Origin: Epiperipatus broadwayi
Taxonomy: Eukaryota > Animalia > Onychophora
NCBI GenBank assembly: GCA_028023455.1
Contig: JAQFVV010000003.1
Span: 16,802,001 to 16,866,000, forward strand
DNA: 64,000 bases
Direction: 5' to 3'
Under the pieces are notes generated by a model. That model was not told where the DNA came from. It searched no databases and saw only the letters and a list, made by a program, of their open reading frames with translations. Shown piece after piece: positions 59,850 through 64,000 of this stretch. How positions within the stretch are numbered: position 1 is the first letter of the stretch; each line of letters begins with the position of its first letter. Position numbers and translations under genes: made by a program.

Positions 59850-62100
59850 ATGATGAACCCAGGAGCTGAGAAGAACCTTCCTAGTGAAGAACAGAATCAA
59901 GAAGAAAGTGAACCTAAAGTAGATGATCAGCAATGAATGGAAGGAACCTAAAAAATAGAGAATGCTTCCATGCTAATTCAGCTGCTAGAAATGTTTAAAG
60001 CTGAAAATAAAAAGAGAGACCAACAAAGAGAAGATGATAATAAACAAAGAGAAGAATAGAATAAAAAGAGAGACCAGCAAAGAGAAGTTGATGAGAAGCA
60101 AAGAGAAGATGATAAGAAACAAAGAGATGAAGACAACAGAAAAAGAGACCAACAAAGAAAAGATAAGAAACAAGGAGAAGAAGATAAAAACAAATAATTG
60201 ATCTTCAAAGTCAAAATGAAAAGATGGAAAAGCCAATTGAAGAAGCAAACCAAAAATAGAGAAAGAAATTATAAAAAAAATTTAAAGTCAAAATGAAAAA
60301 AATTAACCAAATAATTAATTAGATTACTGACTATTAAAGAAGAGATCATGGAAGAAGTCAAAGGGTCTCTGAATGAACAAGAGATCAAGATGACCCAAAT
60401 TTGTGAAGCATGGATATGAAGATAGAAGGAATCCAGGAATCCATGCAGGAGCAAGAGGATAGCTTGACCACCCAAGTAAAAGAACTGCAAATAAAAAGCA
60501 GTAATATGCTGCCAGTGCAACATATGCCTGGCAAGGGGCAAGAAAATGAAAGGACAGAAAGTCCCAAAACAAAATTTAGAAAAAAACATACAATAATTAT
60601 TCAAGAAGTGGCAATAATCAATTACATGCCAGAGATTGCAAACCAGTTTCTTAAGATATAAACATTTTCAGGGGACTATAATGAAGCACCTACTGAGGAC
60701 CTGAAAAGCTTAGAGAGGTACTTCAGCATTAACCTTTTAACTGCTAATTATATTATTGGTTGGGTCAGCTAAAAATCAAAGCTTTTAATTGGCCAGCTCA
60801 CAAACTGAAGACAAGTCAATTGTCAAAATATTTTCACCTGTAATATTATATTGACTTTATATTCATTTATAAAAAGTATATTAATAAATTGTCTGGTTAT
60901 AAAAGTGAACGAAAGTTCTTTCAAAAATAAATTGCTATTTATTTATTATAAAATATTCAATATCGGCAAAATAAAAGCAAATATATAAATAAAGAGTTTG
61001 TGACATAAATGCTTTTTACATTATAGAAAAGTAAATATTTCTTTTTGCTAAATCTTAAATATTTTTACTAAAATCTTCAATATTTTTCGAAAATAATTTT
61101 ATTTTTTTGGTATATTTTGTAAAAATGATTTTAATTTCTCAGAATATACTTTTTTTAAACCTTTAAATCATATTCGAAATGAAAATCTCAGCATTTTTCT
61201 TTATTTTCTTTGATCAGGCGGTTTCTTTGTTCTTTCCAGCCAATCAGAATGTCTTTGTCAGCTAAGAGCTGGCTGAGAGCCAATCACCGACAAGCTTCTT
61301 TCTTTGTTTAGCTTTAAATGTGGTTTTATTGATTTTTTACTTGTAAAATAATTCAGAAGAGGGCACCATCTTACAGAAATTTTAAAAACTTAATCAATAA
61401 CTGTCAAACGAATATCCTAGCATTAAAAATAACGGAATTAGAGTGACATCAACTGCCGATGAGAGGTCTCGTAAGAGGCGGAAAAAGGAAGAGGCGGAAA
61501 AAGGGTTAATGCCATGACTGAAGAGGAAAAACTGGAAATAGCTTGCAGTCACTTACAGGGTGCAGCTTAAGCATGGTGGGAGTCACTATTAAATCAGCCA
61601 ATAATTTTAATGATTTTAAAATGGGACTCATGAACTGCTATTAGAGTCATGATTGTCAGGAGGGCATCAAATATAAGGTATCACAGGAGAAATGCCTACC
61701 TGTTAAACCCTATATCTCCTTTTGAAAATGGAGTTAGCAAGTTAAGAGCCATGATCCAGTAATGGAACTCCAAATTATCAGGATGATCCAATACAGCTTT
61801 CCCAGTTACATTGAAAGAATGCTAATTGGGATGCATTGTTGATCCATTGATCAGGTGGCTGATCTATTAATAGCATTTGACAATTGTGGTACCTCCACAA
61901 CAAATAAAGAAGGGTCTAAGCTGTCAAGTAAAGCCCCATGTAGGAGGGATGATGGACCAAGGTATAAAGGAAGATACCCCCATAATGCTACAGTAACCAT
62001 AACATACCACCATGGTATCATTACAGAAGAAATGATGTACCACCATGGAAGAAGAGGAGAAATACAATAGACAGCATACATATTTCTACCAGAAACTGAA
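59850..62100 (+). pseudogene. Ty3/Gypsy gag remnant with long charged coiled-coil N-terminus, split by a TTAA insertion
   Basis: ENKKRDQQREDD repeats, then LKI*TFSGDYNEAP..LKSLERYFSI|NAMTEEEKLEIACSHLQGAA*AWWES. This is a retrotransposon-gag capsid signature once 60733-61509 is removed. Confidence 0.85.
60733..61505. mobile_element. Non-autonomous piggyBac-type element (773 bp) with TTAA TSD
   Basis: TTAA at 60729-60732 and 61506-61509; ends CCTTTT... / ...AAAGGG. Excision restores the gag frame. Confidence 0.85.
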
Positions 62101-62949
62101 TAGTGAGAAGATCTGGAAGTGGATCAAACATTAACCAAGGAAATATGCATCAAGAATATGGTTATTCATTCCATGATAGATCACAAATAATTGGACAGAT
62201 CTGCAATATATCTTATTATTGGAGAACTGATCATGATTTCAGTCTCCTAAAGCAGGATGCAGTTATATTTCTGACCAAGGGAACAAAAATAAACAAAACA
62301 ATGAAACTGAAACTGAGAAAAGAAGATACTCAGAAGAAATTGGTGGTAAATATTAGAAATCATTATAGCTTTGCATTCAGTGCTGATGGTGGATGGTGAT
62401 ATTTTTATAGGCATAGGAATGCAGTGTGTTCATGATACTCTTAATGTTTTATCTGTGCACTGCACCTACCCCTGGCTTAAACTTTTTTAAAATAAGTTCT
62501 TCACGAGAGCTGGGCCCTTTTATCAGTAGAATACTGAATTGTCTGTCAGGCACAGAACTGTGCCAGGAGTGTGGAGCCTATAAGACTCATAAAGTAAATG
62601 AGCAAGGCATCCCAAATGACCAAACATTTCTTTGGTCATCTTTTCTCTCAATGTGCCCTCTGGGTAGTAAGTTATGTTGTACTTAAAATGAGAGTCCTTA
62701 TGGTGCTCATGTAGCAGTGCAAATTTGTGTTCTGTAATGATATTTCTCTCCATCATGGTACTGGAGGCAGGCAGGCAAATATTAGATGATTAGTCATCTT
62801 CAAAAAATAAAAATAGATCAAATAAATAAGACTGTTTACCAGTAATCAAATAACCAAGTGGATATACCATCATTAGTGGTGAATTTTATAATTGTGGAAT
62901 GAAATTGCATGTTTTGAGGCAATTTCACCCTAAAATTTAGCAGGGGATA

Positions 62950-64000
62950 ATGAAACAGACACACTGTTTCATGTATCTACTGAAGTTTCCCCCCATTTTA
63001 AAACTTTCAAATTAAAATGCTATCAATATAATATATTTTTTATTTTATTGGAGCTGAATGTTTATGAATTACAATATAGAAATGCTGTAATTACTTCATT
63101 AAAAAAAGATACCATCATTTTCTTGCCTTAGGCAAAAGAAGTCAACATGTTTTTGAAAAACATGTTAGTCAGTGTGGATGAGATAAAAAAATATGATAAA
63201 AAATTGCAGAAAGTTGGAATATATAAAGTGAGCAATTGGTCATTTCCAGGAGTTGCAGTTGATTGATAGTAACAGTTGCTTTGCAGTAAATAGCAGTTCA
63301 GTATTTTTTCAGTCTACAGTGATGTTTAAATAATCAGACCAAATAAGTTTGTATCCAGTGTGGCCAGTAATTAAAGAAGTACTGCAGTTAAAGGGAAACC
63401 CGAGTTACCATAAACTGTAATATGAAGAAACATATCATTTATATGGTAAACGCTAAAATGTCTAGCTAGTAAGAATAGCTCACTCTCCTTTCCCTACCAG
63501 GAAAAAGTCATGAAGATAAAAAGCATACCTCAGTGACCACCAAAAAAAAATATATACCATTCAGCTCTAAGATAAATCTCTTTTTAATGTAAAGATTTAA
63601 CAATGATGAATCATCAACATATAAATTTAAAGGTATTAAAACTCTAGATAACTTTTAAATATTTAAAGGTATTTATGGAAATGCTATAAGAAAAGCATTT
63701 CACAAAAATAAAATGAAACATACTCACCAAAATGATAAAATGTTATGTACCAAAATAATTTATTGAAGAGTAATGTAATTGCCCTTATTGTTATTAAAAT
63801 TAAAAAAAAAAGGGTAAATTGAAATACATTGGCAGAAATGGTGAAATGCAATAATAAATTCACTATTTTTTTTTAAAAGTAATAAAACATATAATATTGA
63901 GTCGAAGTTAAGCTTTGTAATAAAGAGTATAAAAAATATATGTCAAATTTTTAAAGTTCAACTTTCTAAATGAAATGTAGAAATTATAATGTAAGAATTT
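62950..64000 (+). repeat. ~1.05-kb direct repeat, copy 2 (runs to window edge), containing the same decayed exons (63132-~63175, 63250-63445)
   Basis: Collinear with 57400-58460; translates AKEVNMFLKNMLVS and ELQLIDSNSCFAVNSSSVFFQSTVMFK*SDQISLYPVWPVIKEVLQLKGNPSYHKL*YEETYHLY. Confidence 0.9.

Noticed and set aside
59978-60604. Hydrophobic Leu/Ser/Phe-rich minus-strand ORFs resembling membrane proteins
   Set aside because: They are antisense translations of the purine-rich gag coiled-coil repeats.
57400-64000. The 1-kb direct repeats as LTRs of the intervening Gypsy
   Set aside because: No TG/CA termini, PBS or PPT adjacent; they contain exon-like sequence and a separate LTR-like segment precedes gag. 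Not fully excluded because copy 2 runs off the window.

Overview
Very AT-rich (roughly 70-75% AT by eye), mostly CpG-depleted eukaryotic DNA, probably from an invertebrate animal. It looks intronic or intergenic. I found no intact, recognisable protein-coding gene, rRNA, tRNA gene or CRISPR array, and nearly all ORF-track entries are spurious or fragments of decayed transposons. The window is a nested transposon graveyard. It holds two Ty3/Gypsy remnants and a solo LTR, a tandem Penelope-like element (RT + GIY-YIG), RTE LINE fragments, two DIRS-like tyrosine-recombinase remnants, a piggyBac transposase remnant, a TTAA-flanked non-autonomous insertion, tRNA-derived SINEs and a SPIN/URR1-like hAT MITE with a perfect 8-bp TSD. 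It also has several local duplications and a few low-confidence exon candidates. The most notable pattern is a recurring class of 7-8 short asymmetric palindromes. They resemble MITEs, but six have long (11-19 bp) direct repeats at their edges, as retro-insertions do. In three of them a hammerhead-ribozyme-like motif lies at the fold-back point or within the arms, and three carry a Pol III B-box in both arms. I infer they are Penelope-type fold-back retro-insertions. All family assignments come from hand translation and remembered motifs; no database search was run. Coordinates of old, decayed elements are approximate.
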